Source: an uncultured delta proteobacterium
GTDB taxonomy: Bacteria > Myxococcota_A > Polyangia > Polyangiales > Polyangiaceae
Direction of reading: 5' to 3'
DNA length: 64,000 nucleotides
Assembly: GCA_963841435.1 (NCBI GenBank)
Contig: CAWJCS010000002.1
Coordinates: 736,001 to 800,000 of the forward strand
The translations under genes and the position numbers were made by a program. Under the pieces are notes generated by a model that was given only the letters and a program-made list of their open reading frames with translations, made no database searches and was not told the DNA's origin. This document shows, piece by piece, positions 29,334 through 39,076 of the stretch. Position 1 is the first letter of the stretch; every line of letters starts with the position of its first letter.

Positions 29334-29762
29334 TCAGGACGGCGTGGTGCCGACGAGCGACTTGAGGATCCCCGCCGGGCTGCGGCGGCCTGGGCGGTAG
29401 CGCGGCGGCGCGGGCGGCAGGTAGCGGAGCGCGCGCTCGAGCAGGTAGCGATCGAGCCCCGACACGTGCTCGAACTCGAGGGCGAGGCCGCGCGTGTGCT
29501 CGCCGGGGCGCCGTCCGTGGACCACGCGAGCGACCACCGCTTCCGCATCGATGTAGTTCGAGAGCTGCGGGATGCGGAAGGACAGGATGACGCGCTCGCC
29601 CGTCAGCACGGGATCGGCCGGCATCACGAGCGCGCCGCCCGCGGAAAGGTCGGCGATTTGGTCGGCGACGAGGCGAAAGTCGCGTTCCCGGACGACCTGG
29701 CAGTCGAGCGAGACCAGTCGTCGGGGAGCGCGGTGGTGTGAGGTGGGCGGGATTCGGCGCAT
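29334..29762 (-). CDS. PilZ domain protein
   Basis: RAPRR and DLSAGG (RxxxR-like / DxSxxG) motifs, GLALEF. Confidence 0.82.
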   Translation of the reverse strand: MRRIPPTSHHRAPRRLVSLDCQVVRERDFRLVADQIADLSAGGALVMPADPVLTGERVILSFRIPQLSNYIDAEAVVARVVHGRRPGEHTRGLALEFEHVSGLDRYLLERALRYLPPAPPRYRPGRRSPAGILKSLVGTTPS

Positions 29763-29916
29763 CGGGATCTCCTCGACCGCGATCGTACGGGGCTTCCCAC
29801 ACTCGGGGCCAAATTCGCTGAAGCTCCCACAAGCGCCCACTTCGACCCAGCAAAGTCGGGAGCTCCTTCGGGATTGTCTTAACTCGAGGCGGCCCCACCC
29901 GTTCAAGTCGCTAGTG

Positions 29917-31329
29917 ATGCGTCGTAACACGTTGGGCAAAATTGTCGGATTTTCCTTGAGTCTCGCGATGTCGGGCGTCGCGGCACCCCGCGCTGGTTCC
30001 GACGTGCGGCGTCCAACGCTGGTCCTCGGCCAAGCGCCCGACCACTTCGGTCTGCGAACGGTGGGTGAAAGCGGCGCCGAATGGGCGCTTCCCGACGGGG
30101 CGCGCGTGATCGCCGAGCCGGGTACGACGCTTTCGATCTCCAAGGGCGCCCAGCGCCTGAAGCTCGCCACGGGCACCGTGCGTGCCTACACCGTCGCGCT
30201 CCGGGCAGGCTCGCTGCGGGTCAGCGTGCCAGACCCCGAGCACTCGGCCGTGATCGTGGCCACGCCGCGCCGCACGATCGCCATCGTCGCCAGTGGAGAC
30301 GTGACGATCCTCGCGGGGGACGAGGTCGTGGTCGCCAACACCGTCGGACAAACGTCGCTGTCCCTCGCCGGAGGCCGCTATCACCCCATCGACGCCGGCA
30401 CGCTCGCCGTGGTCAACAGGAACGGCGAAAGCCGCCGCCCGCTCCTCCCTTCGCCGGGCAATCTCCGCGGCTCCACCGTGATGCTCTCGTACGGCGGCCG
30501 CGTCCGGCTCGGCGCCTTCTCGTGGCAGGGGGTACCCGGCGCGGCCGGCTACCGCGTCGAGCTACGCGAAGCCGATTCGAACCGACTCCTCGAGCGTGCC
30601 GTGCGTTCCGAGCCGCGCCTGGAGGCCGGTCTCGTCGAGCTCGAGCCCGGCGCGTACTCGATGCGGCTCGTGGCGTTGGATTCCAGTGGCCTCGAGAGCG
30701 AAAACCCCGTCGAGCGCTCGCTGCACGTGATGCACTTGACGCTTCCCGAGGGGGGGTACCTCGACGAGCGCGGTGCGGCGCGGCTGCCGCCCGGCGCCAA
30801 GCTCAGGCTGGCGAACGTGACCGGCGTGACGATGACCTACGGCGGCGGGCGAAACTTCGTTCCGGCTCCCAGCGCGCTCGAGCTGTTCCAGCCCGAGGCG
30901 CGCGTGGTCCACTTTCGCGACGGCGGGGGAGGTGGCGACGCCACGCTCGTGCTGTTGCCGCGCACCGCCCGCGCCGCCGTGTCGTTCGGCCCCTTGGCCC
31001 CGAGCTGGCCCGGCACGTCGCTGCGGATCCGCGTGCGGCTGACCGAGGCGGGAGGACAAACCGTGCCGAGCTGGATCGAAGCGCGCACGCGCGTCTTCGT
31101 GGGCGTCGACCCCGTCGATGTCTCGTTCTCGACCGAAGACGGCTGGCTCGTCGGCGCTCTCGATCCGCAGCCTGGTCCCGGACCGTGGGTGGTGCGTGTC
31201 GAGGTCGCCGATCAGCACGGCATCGAGCTCGGACGCGACTTCGTGGAAATCGCGCCGGCGCGCCCGCGCCCCGCGCCCGATCGATCAGCCAAGCCGGCTC
31301 ATCCGGCCGAAGTAGGAAAGGGCTCCTGA
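29917..31329 (+). CDS. Secreted FecR-like/beta-sandwich domain protein
   Basis: Signal-like N-terminus; LPDGARV-x-x-x-PGT, IVATP (FecR-like); FN3-like FSWQGVPGAAGYRVEL. Confidence 0.6.
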   Translation: MRRNTLGKIVGFSLSLAMSGVAAPRAGSDVRRPTLVLGQAPDHFGLRTVGESGAEWALPDGARVIAEPGTTLSISKGAQRLKLATGTVRAYTVALRAGSLRVSVPDPEHSAVIVATPRRTIAIVASGDVTILAGDEVVVANTVGQTSLSLAGGRYHPIDAGTLAVVNRNGESRRPLLPSPGNLRGSTVMLSYGGRVRLGAFSWQGVPGAAGYRVELREADSNRLLERAVRSEPRLEAGLVELEPGAYSMRLVALDSSGLESENPVERSLHVMHLTLPEGGYLDERGAARLPPGAKLRLANVTGVTMTYGGGRNFVPAPSALELFQPEARVVHFRDGGGGGDATLVLLPRTARAAVSFGPLAPSWPGTSLRIRVRLTEAGGQTVPSWIEARTRVFVGVDPVDVSFSTEDGWLVGALDPQPGPGPWVVRVEVADQHGIELGRDFVEIAPARPRPAPDRSAKPAHPAEVGKGS

Positions 31330-31742
31330 TGGCCAATGCGCTAGCAAAGCAAATCGACGCTCCGCCCGACGAGGGCACGTCCGAAAGCGCCGAGGGCGCC
31401 GCGAACCGCCGGGTGCACCGTCGTCACCAGATCGAGATCGAGATCGACGTGACGAGCGATCACAACTTTTATGCCGGCATCAGCTTCGACTTGTCGGAAG
31501 GAGGCGTGTTCGTCGCGACCCACCTCAACAGGCCCATCGGCACGGTCATCGATCTTGCGCTGCGCCTGCCGGGTTGTGACACGCCGCTGCATTGCGTCGG
31601 TGAGGTGCGCTGGGTGCGAGCCTACCGCGAGGACAGCGAGTCTCCCCCCGGCCTCGGCGTGCGCTTCGTGCTGCTCGAGCCGGGCGCGCGCGAGGCAATC
31701 CAGGCGTTTTTGGCCGAGCGCGATCCGATGTTCTACGAGTGA
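31329..31742 (+). CDS. PilZ domain protein, myxobacterial TIGR02266-like
   Basis: RRVHRR, SDHNFY, DLSEGGVFVAT, PGLGVRF, C-terminal RDPMFYE; TGATG overlap with the upstream gene. Confidence 0.88.
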   Translation: MANALAKQIDAPPDEGTSESAEGAANRRVHRRHQIEIEIDVTSDHNFYAGISFDLSEGGVFVATHLNRPIGTVIDLALRLPGCDTPLHCVGEVRWVRAYREDSESPPGLGVRFVLLEPGAREAIQAFLAERDPMFYE

Positions 31743-31752
31743 GCCTGCTTTC

Positions 31753-33621
31753 TCACGACGCAGGGAAGCCGTAGCGCTTGTAGACGCGCCCGACTGCCTT
31801 GTCGTCGATGAGGCCGAGCAGGCGCCCGCTTTCGTCCGTGACGGGGAGCTCGCGCAGGCCGTTGGCGAGCATGATCTCGATGGCGGCGGCGACCTCGTCG
31901 TCGGCCCGGATCGAGACCGGCGGTCGCATCATGTCGGACGCAGTGGCGACGTGCATCAGCTCGGGTGACGAAGCGAGGATCATGACCTCGTCCGGCGTGA
32001 CGATGCCGAGCAGGTGGCGGTCGCCGTCCACCACGGGGTAGACGTGTCGGGCTTCGGGCTCACGACACAGGTCGAGGACCTTGTTGGCGCTCATGCCCGG
32101 GGCGAGCGTCACGTACTGCACGTCCCCTAGCAGCCCGTCGACGCGCCGCTGCATCGGCGTGTGGGTGACGGGCGGCTCGATCTTGATGCCGTCCTGCTCG
32201 AGCAGTGACTCGTAGATCGAGTGAGCGCGAAAGCGGCGTGCGAGCACGTAGGCCGTCATGTTGGCGATCATCAGCGGCAAGATCAGCGAGTAGCCACGCG
32301 TCATTTCGATGATGATCAGCACCGAGGTGATCGGCGCGCGGACCACGCCCGCGAACACGGCGCCCATACCAACGAGCGCGAAGGCGCCGACCGGCTCGTC
32401 CGTGTGCCCGAGCCAGGTCCCGTTCAGCGTGCCGATCGCGCCCCCCAGCGTGCCGCCCACGAAGAGAGCCGGAGCGAAGATCCCGCCGGCGCCGCCGCTC
32501 GAATACGAAGTGACGGTCGCGCCGAGCTTCAGCACGCTGAGCCCGAGCATGACCCGCCAGGCAAGCTCGCCGTTCAGCGCCCGCGACAGCGTGTCGTAGC
32601 CGCCGCCCGTGACGCCCCTCGAGCCGAACGCCGCGAGCGCGACGATCGCGCACGCCCCCGTGACGAGCCCTCCCACACCGGGCCGTGTCCAGGCCGGCAG
32701 GAACGTCATCTTTCGAAAGCGCAGGCGCAGCCAGAGTAGTGACTCCGTGAAGGCGATGGACGCCCCCGCCGCGGCGAGCCCAATACCCGCGTAGAGGAGC
32801 ATCGACGTCGCGTGCCTGAGCCCGTAGCTACCCGGGACGTCGAAGATCGCGCTCTCGCCGAGGATGCCGCGCTCGATCACGGCGGCGAGCGCGGCCGCCA
32901 CGATCACGCCGGACAGCACGGCCTGATCGAGGCTTCCCACGATCTCTTCGATCGTGAAGGTCACCGCGGCAATCGGCGCGTTGAACGCTGCGGCGATGCC
33001 GGCCGCCACGCCGACCGGCAGGAGCCGGCGCTGGCTCTTCGGACCCACGCCGATCACCCGGCCGAGGAAGCTCGCGATTCCCGCGCAGATCTGCACGGTG
33101 GGTCCCTCGCGACCGAGCGCCGCGCCAGAGCCGATCTGCAGGGAGCCGACCACGAACTTGCCGACCGCGTCTCGCATCGGGACGACGGGGGGCGTGCTGG
33201 CGAAGGCCGCCTTGATCTGCGGGATGCCGCTGCCGCGTGCGTTCGGCACCACGTACTCGAGCAACGCGCCGCACAGAAGCCCGCCAAACGTCGGCGTGAT
33301 CAGGGTCCACGCCATCCAGGTCCGGCCGGGGGCCCTGAGCGCCGGCTCGATGAGGCGACTCTCGCAGAAGCTGATGCTGAGGTGAAACGCGACCGCGGCC
33401 AGGCCGCACAGCGCCCCGATCGCGATCGTGAGAAGGAAGAGCCGCTGCGCCTCGGTCGGCGCCAGCCGGATCTCGACGCGCAGGAGGTACAGGCGCCAGA
33501 GACGCGAGAGGCGCCGCAGTCGACGCGAAAGCGGGCTTTGCGCTGGCTGCCCTGCGCCGGGCAAGGTCTTGCTACTCGATGGAGGTTGCTCCGTTCCCGG
33601 AGCGCGGCCCGACCCGGTCAC
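31753..33621 (-). CDS. ClC chloride channel/Cl-:H+ antiporter with CBS domains
   Basis: GSGIP, GREGP, AFNAP, GGIFAP motifs; C-terminal CBS pair. Confidence 0.93.
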   Translation of the reverse strand: MTGSGRAPGTEQPPSSSKTLPGAGQPAQSPLSRRLRRLSRLWRLYLLRVEIRLAPTEAQRLFLLTIAIGALCGLAAVAFHLSISFCESRLIEPALRAPGRTWMAWTLITPTFGGLLCGALLEYVVPNARGSGIPQIKAAFASTPPVVPMRDAVGKFVVGSLQIGSGAALGREGPTVQICAGIASFLGRVIGVGPKSQRRLLPVGVAAGIAAAFNAPIAAVTFTIEEIVGSLDQAVLSGVIVAAALAAVIERGILGESAIFDVPGSYGLRHATSMLLYAGIGLAAAGASIAFTESLLWLRLRFRKMTFLPAWTRPGVGGLVTGACAIVALAAFGSRGVTGGGYDTLSRALNGELAWRVMLGLSVLKLGATVTSYSSGGAGGIFAPALFVGGTLGGAIGTLNGTWLGHTDEPVGAFALVGMGAVFAGVVRAPITSVLIIIEMTRGYSLILPLMIANMTAYVLARRFRAHSIYESLLEQDGIKIEPPVTHTPMQRRVDGLLGDVQYVTLAPGMSANKVLDLCREPEARHVYPVVDGDRHLLGIVTPDEVMILASSPELMHVATASDMMRPPVSIRADDEVAAAIEIMLANGLRELPVTDESGRLLGLIDDKAVGRVYKRYGFPAS

Positions 33622-33843
33622 GTTCGGTGCACTCTCCCCGAGCGTCGGCGATGGGCGCGCCGTTCGGCGACGACCAAAGATGGCGGCTCGTCACGGGATG
33701 GCGTCGAAACTTTCGTCATTCGGCTGGGCTACCGCTACCACCCCATACTTTGAAGTTCAACATCGGCCCGGTGCACGCGCGAGTTCGTGTCGTTCGGGCG
33801 ACTGGGCTGGGGACAAGCCCCCGGAAACGGAGCGCGCTCGTGG

Positions 33844-33898
33844 CGCACGTGTCCACGTGCGTTCTAGGGTTGATACTCCGGGGAGTGTCCAGTATGGT
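33844..33898 (+). promoter_or_regulatory. Sigma-70-like promoter with an upstream inverted repeat, ahead of the asnB-like operon
   Basis: TTGATA(33870)-N17-TATGGT(33893); CGCACGTG-TC-CACGTGCG at 33844-33861; locally AT-rich. Confidence 0.55.
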
Positions 33899-33925
33899 TG
33901 CTGCTCAAACTATTTTTAGTGTATC

Positions 33926-35444
33926 ATGTGTGGTATCGCAGCAGCATTCGGGGCCGGTCCGGAGGCGAGCGTCGCTCTCCTGGCCGACATGATCTCCAGG
34001 CACTTGTCACATCGTGGGCCCGACGGGGTGGGCGTCGCTCAGCACGGGCGCTCGGTCGTGGCGCACTCGCGCCTCGCCATCGTCAACGTGGGCGGCGGCC
34101 AGCAGCCCATGCACTCGGAGGACGGTGGAGCGCTACTCGTTTGCAACGGGGAAATCTACAACCATCGCGCGCTTCGCGATCAGCTCGCGCCACACCATCA
34201 GCTCAAGACGAACAGCGATTCGGAGGTGGTCGTGCACCTGTTCGAGGACGGCGGCGCCGAGGTCGTCCGAAAGCTAGACGGTATGTTCGCCTTCTTCGTG
34301 ACGGACGGTGAACGTTTCGTCGCCGCGCGCGACCCGTTCGGCATCAAGCCGCTCTACGTTGGGGAGGATCGCCGCGGTGGCTTGTGGTTCGCCTCGGAGC
34401 TCAAGGCCCTCGTGGGGCGGTGCGCCACGATGATCGCGGTTCCGCCCGGTGCGTACCTCACCGAGTCGCAGCGCGTGACGCGCTGGTTCCGACCCGCGTG
34501 GATGACGCGAACGGGCACGGCGACGGCCACGGCACAGGAGCTCGTCGCGGCGCTCGAGCCCGCCGTCGTCAAGCGCCTCATGAGCGACGTGCCCGTCGGC
34601 GTCTTGCTCTCGGGAGGGCTCGATTCGAGCCTCGTCGCAGCGCTCGCCGCCAAGCATTTGCCGCGAATCGCCACGTTCGCCGTGGGCGTGGAGGGCGCGC
34701 CGGATCTCGCGGCGGCGCGCGTCGTCGCCGAGCACATCGGCGCCACCCACCACGAGTGCACGTTCGGCGTGCCCGACGTCTCGCGGCACCTCGACGAGAT
34801 CATCTACCACCTGGAGTCGTACGACGCGGCGCTCATCCGCAGCGCCATGCCCTGCTACTTCGTGTCGGGCTTGGCCGCCCAACGGGTGAAGGTGGTGCTC
34901 ACAGGGGAGGGAGCGGACGAGCTCTTCGCCGGCTACGGCTACATGCAGCGCATGCGCGACCCGACGGCGCTGCACCACGAATGCACGCGCCTGCTGCTCG
35001 GTCTTCACGCCATGAACCTGCAACGTGTCGATCGCATGACGATGGCGCACGGGCTCGAGGGACGGGTCCCCTTTCTGGACGTCGACTTCGTCGACTTCGC
35101 TATGGGTCTCGATCCGGCGCTCAAGGTGCGTGCGCCGCGCGGCCTCGAAAAGGCACTCCTGCGAGCCGCCGCCTGCCACCTCTTGCCGGAACGAATCGCA
35201 GCGCGCCCGAAGCTCGAGTTCTCGGAGGGCAGCGCCACGGACGTCTCTGCTCGGGCAGTACGCCGAGGCGCGCGTCAGCGACTGGGATTTTTCGCACGCT
35301 CGGGTGCGCTTTCCGACGGACACGCCGAAGAGCAAGGAAGAGCTCTTGTATCGCTTGGTCTTCGACGAGCTCTTTCCGGGCGAAGCGGCGCGCGAGACGG
35401 TCTCGCGTTGGCGGGTGCCGCAAGCCGAGCCCTGGATTTCCTAA
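33926..35444 (+). CDS. asnB: Asparagine synthetase B-like glutamine-dependent amidotransferase, one +1 frameshift near 35245
   Basis: MCGI Ntn start, HRGPD, NGEIYNH, LSGGLDSS, GEGADELFAGY, RVPFLD; the conserved C-terminus (TPKSKEELLYR-x-x-F) lies in the 35130..35444 frame. Confidence 0.9.
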
Positions 35445-35458
35445 AACGAGAGGAGCAC

Positions 35459-36775
35459 ATGGCACATTCGGAGCCCCAAGGACACGTGTCCGACGTGAGC
35501 GGAACCTGGACCTATTCCGAGACGGTGGCTCGCGGTCTTTACGAGAAGGATCACGGCGGGCTGTTCGGCAAGCACGACAACGTCAGAACCTACTGGGAGG
35601 ACGAGCTGACGCGCATTGCCTTGCGCCCGTACGTGCGCGAACGCGCCGTTTCGTGCGCAGCGAGTGGCCGGCGCCTGCGCGTCGTGGACCTCGGCTGCGG
35701 CTCGGGGCAGGGCTACGAGCTCTTGACGCGGATCCGCCAGCGCGACCTGAGCCTCGAGGATGCCCAGCGCTACGTGCTCACCCCCGAGCAGTTCGAGCTC
35801 TACCTGGGCCTCGATCTCAGCGACGTCATGGTCGAGCAGGGGCGTCACAACTATCGCAAGGTCCCGCACGTGGCGTTCCGGAGGGCAGACCTGCGTGAGG
35901 GGCTCGGCCCCGTGGCGCGCGAGCGTCCGTTCGACATCTATTTCTCGTCATACGGCTCGCTGTCGCACCTCGGCACGAACGAGCTCAGGACGTGTCTGCG
36001 CGGCATCGCGCGGCACGCGGCCCCCGGCGCGCTCATCGTGATGGACCTGATCGGTCGCTTCTCGCCCGAATGGCCCGGCTACTGGCACCTCGCCGACGAG
36101 GCCGAGAAGGTCCAGCCCTACTCGATGAGCTACCTCTTTGCCGACGAAGAGCGCCGCACTGGAAACGTCCAGAAGTTTCCGCTCCGCTTCTGGAGCGGCG
36201 ACGAAGTGCGCGTCGTGTGCGACGAGGTGTCCGCGGATACGGGTGTCGATCTCGACGTCGTGGAGATCCTCGATCGGTCTATTTTCGTGGGTCGCCACGT
36301 TGACACGCGCGAGTACGGGACGTCCCTGCCGCCGCTCCGCCGCCTCGTGAACCACCTCTACGAGCACAACGTGCGCACGCATCTCGAGCAGCTGCTCGTC
36401 GATTACCAGGCGACGAGCGGCCCCGAACGGCTCAATGCGCATTTCTCCCGGCTTTCGCTATGCTGGAACACCGTGATCCAGTTCGCCCAAGCGCGCCTTT
36501 CGGGGACCCGCATCGACCTTGCGGAGATGCCCGGCTGGCGGGACTTTCCGGCGGCGCTCCAGATGGCGCTCGTCACCATGGATCGCATCGTCAACAGTGT
36601 GGCTTGGATCGACGTCGGCGACGTACGCGCCAACATCATCGAGCCGCAGCTCGCCTACGTGCTCCGGCGGATGCAGTCTCGGCTGCAAGACGGCCGAGGT
36701 TGCGGTCACGGGTTGCTCGCGCTCGTGCGCGTGTCCGGTTCCCCGAACGACTCACCGCCGAACGCGCCGTCATGA
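35459..36775 (+). CDS. Class I SAM-dependent methyltransferase (438 aa)
   Basis: Own GAGGAG RBS and ATG; VVDLGCGSGQG, YLGLDLS, FDIYFSSYGSLSHL. Confidence 0.87.
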   Translation: MAHSEPQGHVSDVSGTWTYSETVARGLYEKDHGGLFGKHDNVRTYWEDELTRIALRPYVRERAVSCAASGRRLRVVDLGCGSGQGYELLTRIRQRDLSLEDAQRYVLTPEQFELYLGLDLSDVMVEQGRHNYRKVPHVAFRRADLREGLGPVARERPFDIYFSSYGSLSHLGTNELRTCLRGIARHAAPGALIVMDLIGRFSPEWPGYWHLADEAEKVQPYSMSYLFADEERRTGNVQKFPLRFWSGDEVRVVCDEVSADTGVDLDVVEILDRSIFVGRHVDTREYGTSLPPLRRLVNHLYEHNVRTHLEQLLVDYQATSGPERLNAHFSRLSLCWNTVIQFAQARLSGTRIDLAEMPGWRDFPAALQMALVTMDRIVNSVAWIDVGDVRANIIEPQLAYVLRRMQSRLQDGRGCGHGLLALVRVSGSPNDSPPNAPS

Positions 36776-37539
36776 TCGAGGTCCGTGACCTCGGCGTTCG
36801 CTTCGGATCCGTCCGGGCCGTCGAGGCCGTCACTTTCGACGTGGCCCAGGGTGAGCTCGTGGCGATCGTCGGGGGCTCCGGCTCGGGCAAGACGACTCTT
36901 CTCAAGTTGATCAATCGGCTGATCGAGCCCACGGAGGGCAGCGTGCGCATCGGCGGCGAGCACGTGAGCCTCCGGCCCGAGCACGAGCTCCGGCGCAGCA
37001 TCGGCTACGTCTTTCAGAAGGTCGGGCTCTTTCCCCACATGACGGTCGCCGAGAACATCGGGATCACGCCTTCGCTTCTCCACTGGGAGCGTGGCGCGAT
37101 CGAGCGCCGCACGCGCGAGCTCATGGACCTTCTCGAGCTCGACCCGACGCTCGCAAAGCGGCTCCCCTCGGAGCTTTCGGGTGGTCAGCAGCAGCGCGTC
37201 GGCGTCGCTCGTGCGCTCGCGGCGCGCCCCAAGCTCATGCTGCTCGACGAGCCGTTCGGCGCGCTCGACCCGCTGACGCGCGATCGGTTGCAGCAATCGT
37301 TCGACCGCATCCGGCGGGAGCTCAAGATGACCGCCGTGCTCGTGACGCACGACATGGCCGAAGCCCTCTTCCTCGCCGATCGCATCGGTGTGCTGCAGGT
37401 GGGGCGGCTCGTGCAGATCGCCACGCCACGGGAGATCCTGACGCGCCCTGCCACCGAGTACGTCGAACGCTTGATGGAAACGCCGCGCCGCCAGGCGCGC
37501 CTTTTCGACGAGCTCGCGAGCGGAGCGGGCGATGGGTGA
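36772..37539 (+). CDS. Osmoprotectant (glycine betaine/choline-type) ABC transporter ATP-binding subunit
   Basis: GGSGSGKT, INRLIEPT, LSGGQQQR, LLDEPFGALDP; ATGA overlap with the methyltransferase. Confidence 0.92.
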   Translation: MIEVRDLGVRFGSVRAVEAVTFDVAQGELVAIVGGSGSGKTTLLKLINRLIEPTEGSVRIGGEHVSLRPEHELRRSIGYVFQKVGLFPHMTVAENIGITPSLLHWERGAIERRTRELMDLLELDPTLAKRLPSELSGGQQQRVGVARALAARPKLMLLDEPFGALDPLTRDRLQQSFDRIRRELKMTAVLVTHDMAEALFLADRIGVLQVGRLVQIATPREILTRPATEYVERLMETPRRQARLFDELASGAGDG

Positions 37540-39076
37540 CGAGCTCGCGCGTCTTCCCGAGCTTTTCACGGCGCATCTAGGCCTGACACTGTTCCCGCTT
37601 CTGTTCGGTGTGTGCGTGAGCGTACCGCTCGGCGTGCTGGCGACGCGCTCACGGCTGCTCGGCCGGGTCGCGCTCAACGCGGCCGCCCTGATCCAGACCG
37701 TCCCGAGCCTCGCCCTGCTCGCCCTGATGGTTCCCATCCTGGGGGCGCTCGGCGCTTCCAGCATCGGGTACCTGCCGGCGTTCGTCGCGCTCGTGCTCTA
37801 CAGCATCCTGCCGATCCTCAGAAACACGGTGACGGCGCTCGGCGGCATCGACCCCGCCGTCGTCGAAGCCGCACGCGGTGTCGGCATGAGCAGCCGCGAG
37901 CGCCTGCTGCGCGTCGAGCTGCCCCTTTCGCTTCCCGTCATCGTGGCGGGCGTGCGCACGGCCGCCGTGTGGACCGTCGGGGCGGCCACGCTCGCGACCC
38001 CCGTGGGCGCGGATAGCCTCGGAAACTACATCTTCGCCGGGCTGCAGACACGCAACGTCGGGTCCGTGGTGATCGGTTGCGTGGCGGCGGCCGTGCTCGC
38101 GCTCTCGCTGGACGGCCTGGGAAAGCTGCTGTTCGTGGGGGTCGAGCGTCGCAGCCGCCCCCTCACGCTCGTCGCCCTTTCGAGCTTCCTTTTGCTCTAC
38201 CTCTATACGGGTGTGGCGCTCGCGGCCCGTTTCGCGCCGAGCCGCGCCGAGCGTGCCACCATCGGGGCCAAGACCTTCACGGAACAGTACATCCTCGCCG
38301 ACATTCTCGCGCAGCGGCTGTCGGGCGCCACCGGCCTCGACACGAAGGTGAAGCAATCGCTCGGTTCCTCGGTAGCGTTCGACGCCCTGCGGCAGGGCTC
38401 GATCAACGTCTACGTGGACTACACCGGTACGATCTGGAGCAATATCATGAAGCGCCGCGACGTGCCGCGCGACCGCCGCGTCCTGTTCGACGAGATGAGC
38501 AAGTTTCTACGCGAGCGGGATGGAATCCGTACCGTCGCTCGGCTCGGCTTCGAGAACAGCTACGCGCTCGTCATGCGCCGCGCCGACGCCGAACGGCTCG
38601 GGGTCCGTCGTATCGGCGACCTGCAAAGCTTTGCTCGGCAGCTCACGATCGGCGGTGACTACGAGTTCTTCAGCCGCCCCGAGTGGCGCGCGCTCAAGCG
38701 CACCTACGGGCTCGAATTCCGCAGTCAGACGTCGATGGACTCCTCGCTGATGTACCAGGCGGTGCGCGACCGCGCGGTCAACGTCCTCAGTGCATTCTCG
38801 ACGGACGGCCGCATTGCGGCCTTCGATCTGGTCGTGCTCGAGGACGAGCGGGGCGCCATCCCCCCCTACGACGCCGTGATCCTCGCGAGCCGTGCGTTCG
38901 CCGCGCGCGCACCGCAGGCCATCGAAGCACTGCGGGGCCTCGAGGGGCGCCTCGACGCGCGGCAGATGCGAAAGATGAACCTTGCCGTCGACGCGGGCGG
39001 GCGCTCGCCGGCCGACGTCGCGCGAGAGTTCGTCTCGACGCTCGGGCCCACGCCCGCGCGGAAGGAGGAGCCATGA
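37532..39076 (+). CDS. Fused permease/substrate-binding subunit of an osmoprotectant ABC transporter (OpuBC/OsmF-like)
   Basis: QTVPSLALL, EAARGVGM, KTFTEQYIL, YVDYTGT, LGFENSYAL, PPYDA. Confidence 0.92.
   Translation: MGDELARLPELFTAHLGLTLFPLLFGVCVSVPLGVLATRSRLLGRVALNAAALIQTVPSLALLALMVPILGALGASSIGYLPAFVALVLYSILPILRNTVTALGGIDPAVVEAARGVGMSSRERLLRVELPLSLPVIVAGVRTAAVWTVGAATLATPVGADSLGNYIFAGLQTRNVGSVVIGCVAAAVLALSLDGLGKLLFVGVERRSRPLTLVALSSFLLLYLYTGVALAARFAPSRAERATIGAKTFTEQYILADILAQRLSGATGLDTKVKQSLGSSVAFDALRQGSINVYVDYTGTIWSNIMKRRDVPRDRRVLFDEMSKFLRERDGIRTVARLGFENSYALVMRRADAERLGVRRIGDLQSFARQLTIGGDYEFFSRPEWRALKRTYGLEFRSQTSMDSSLMYQAVRDRAVNVLSAFSTDGRIAAFDLVVLEDERGAIPPYDAVILASRAFAARAPQAIEALRGLEGRLDARQMRKMNLAVDAGGRSPADVAREFVSTLGPTPARKEEP

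Noticed and set aside
33647-33710. Fluoride-riboswitch-like GGCGATGG...CGCC...GATGGCGTC near the ClC gene
   Set aside because: On the strand opposite to ClC, spacing is imperfect, and the ClC has canonical chloride motifs (GSGIP, GREGP) rather than CLC-F motifs
33926-36775. 949-aa AsnB-methyltransferase fusion in the ORF track
   Set aside because: Product of a +1 frameshift near 35245: the true AsnB C-terminus is in another frame ending at 35444, and the methyltransferase has its own RBS and ATG at 35459
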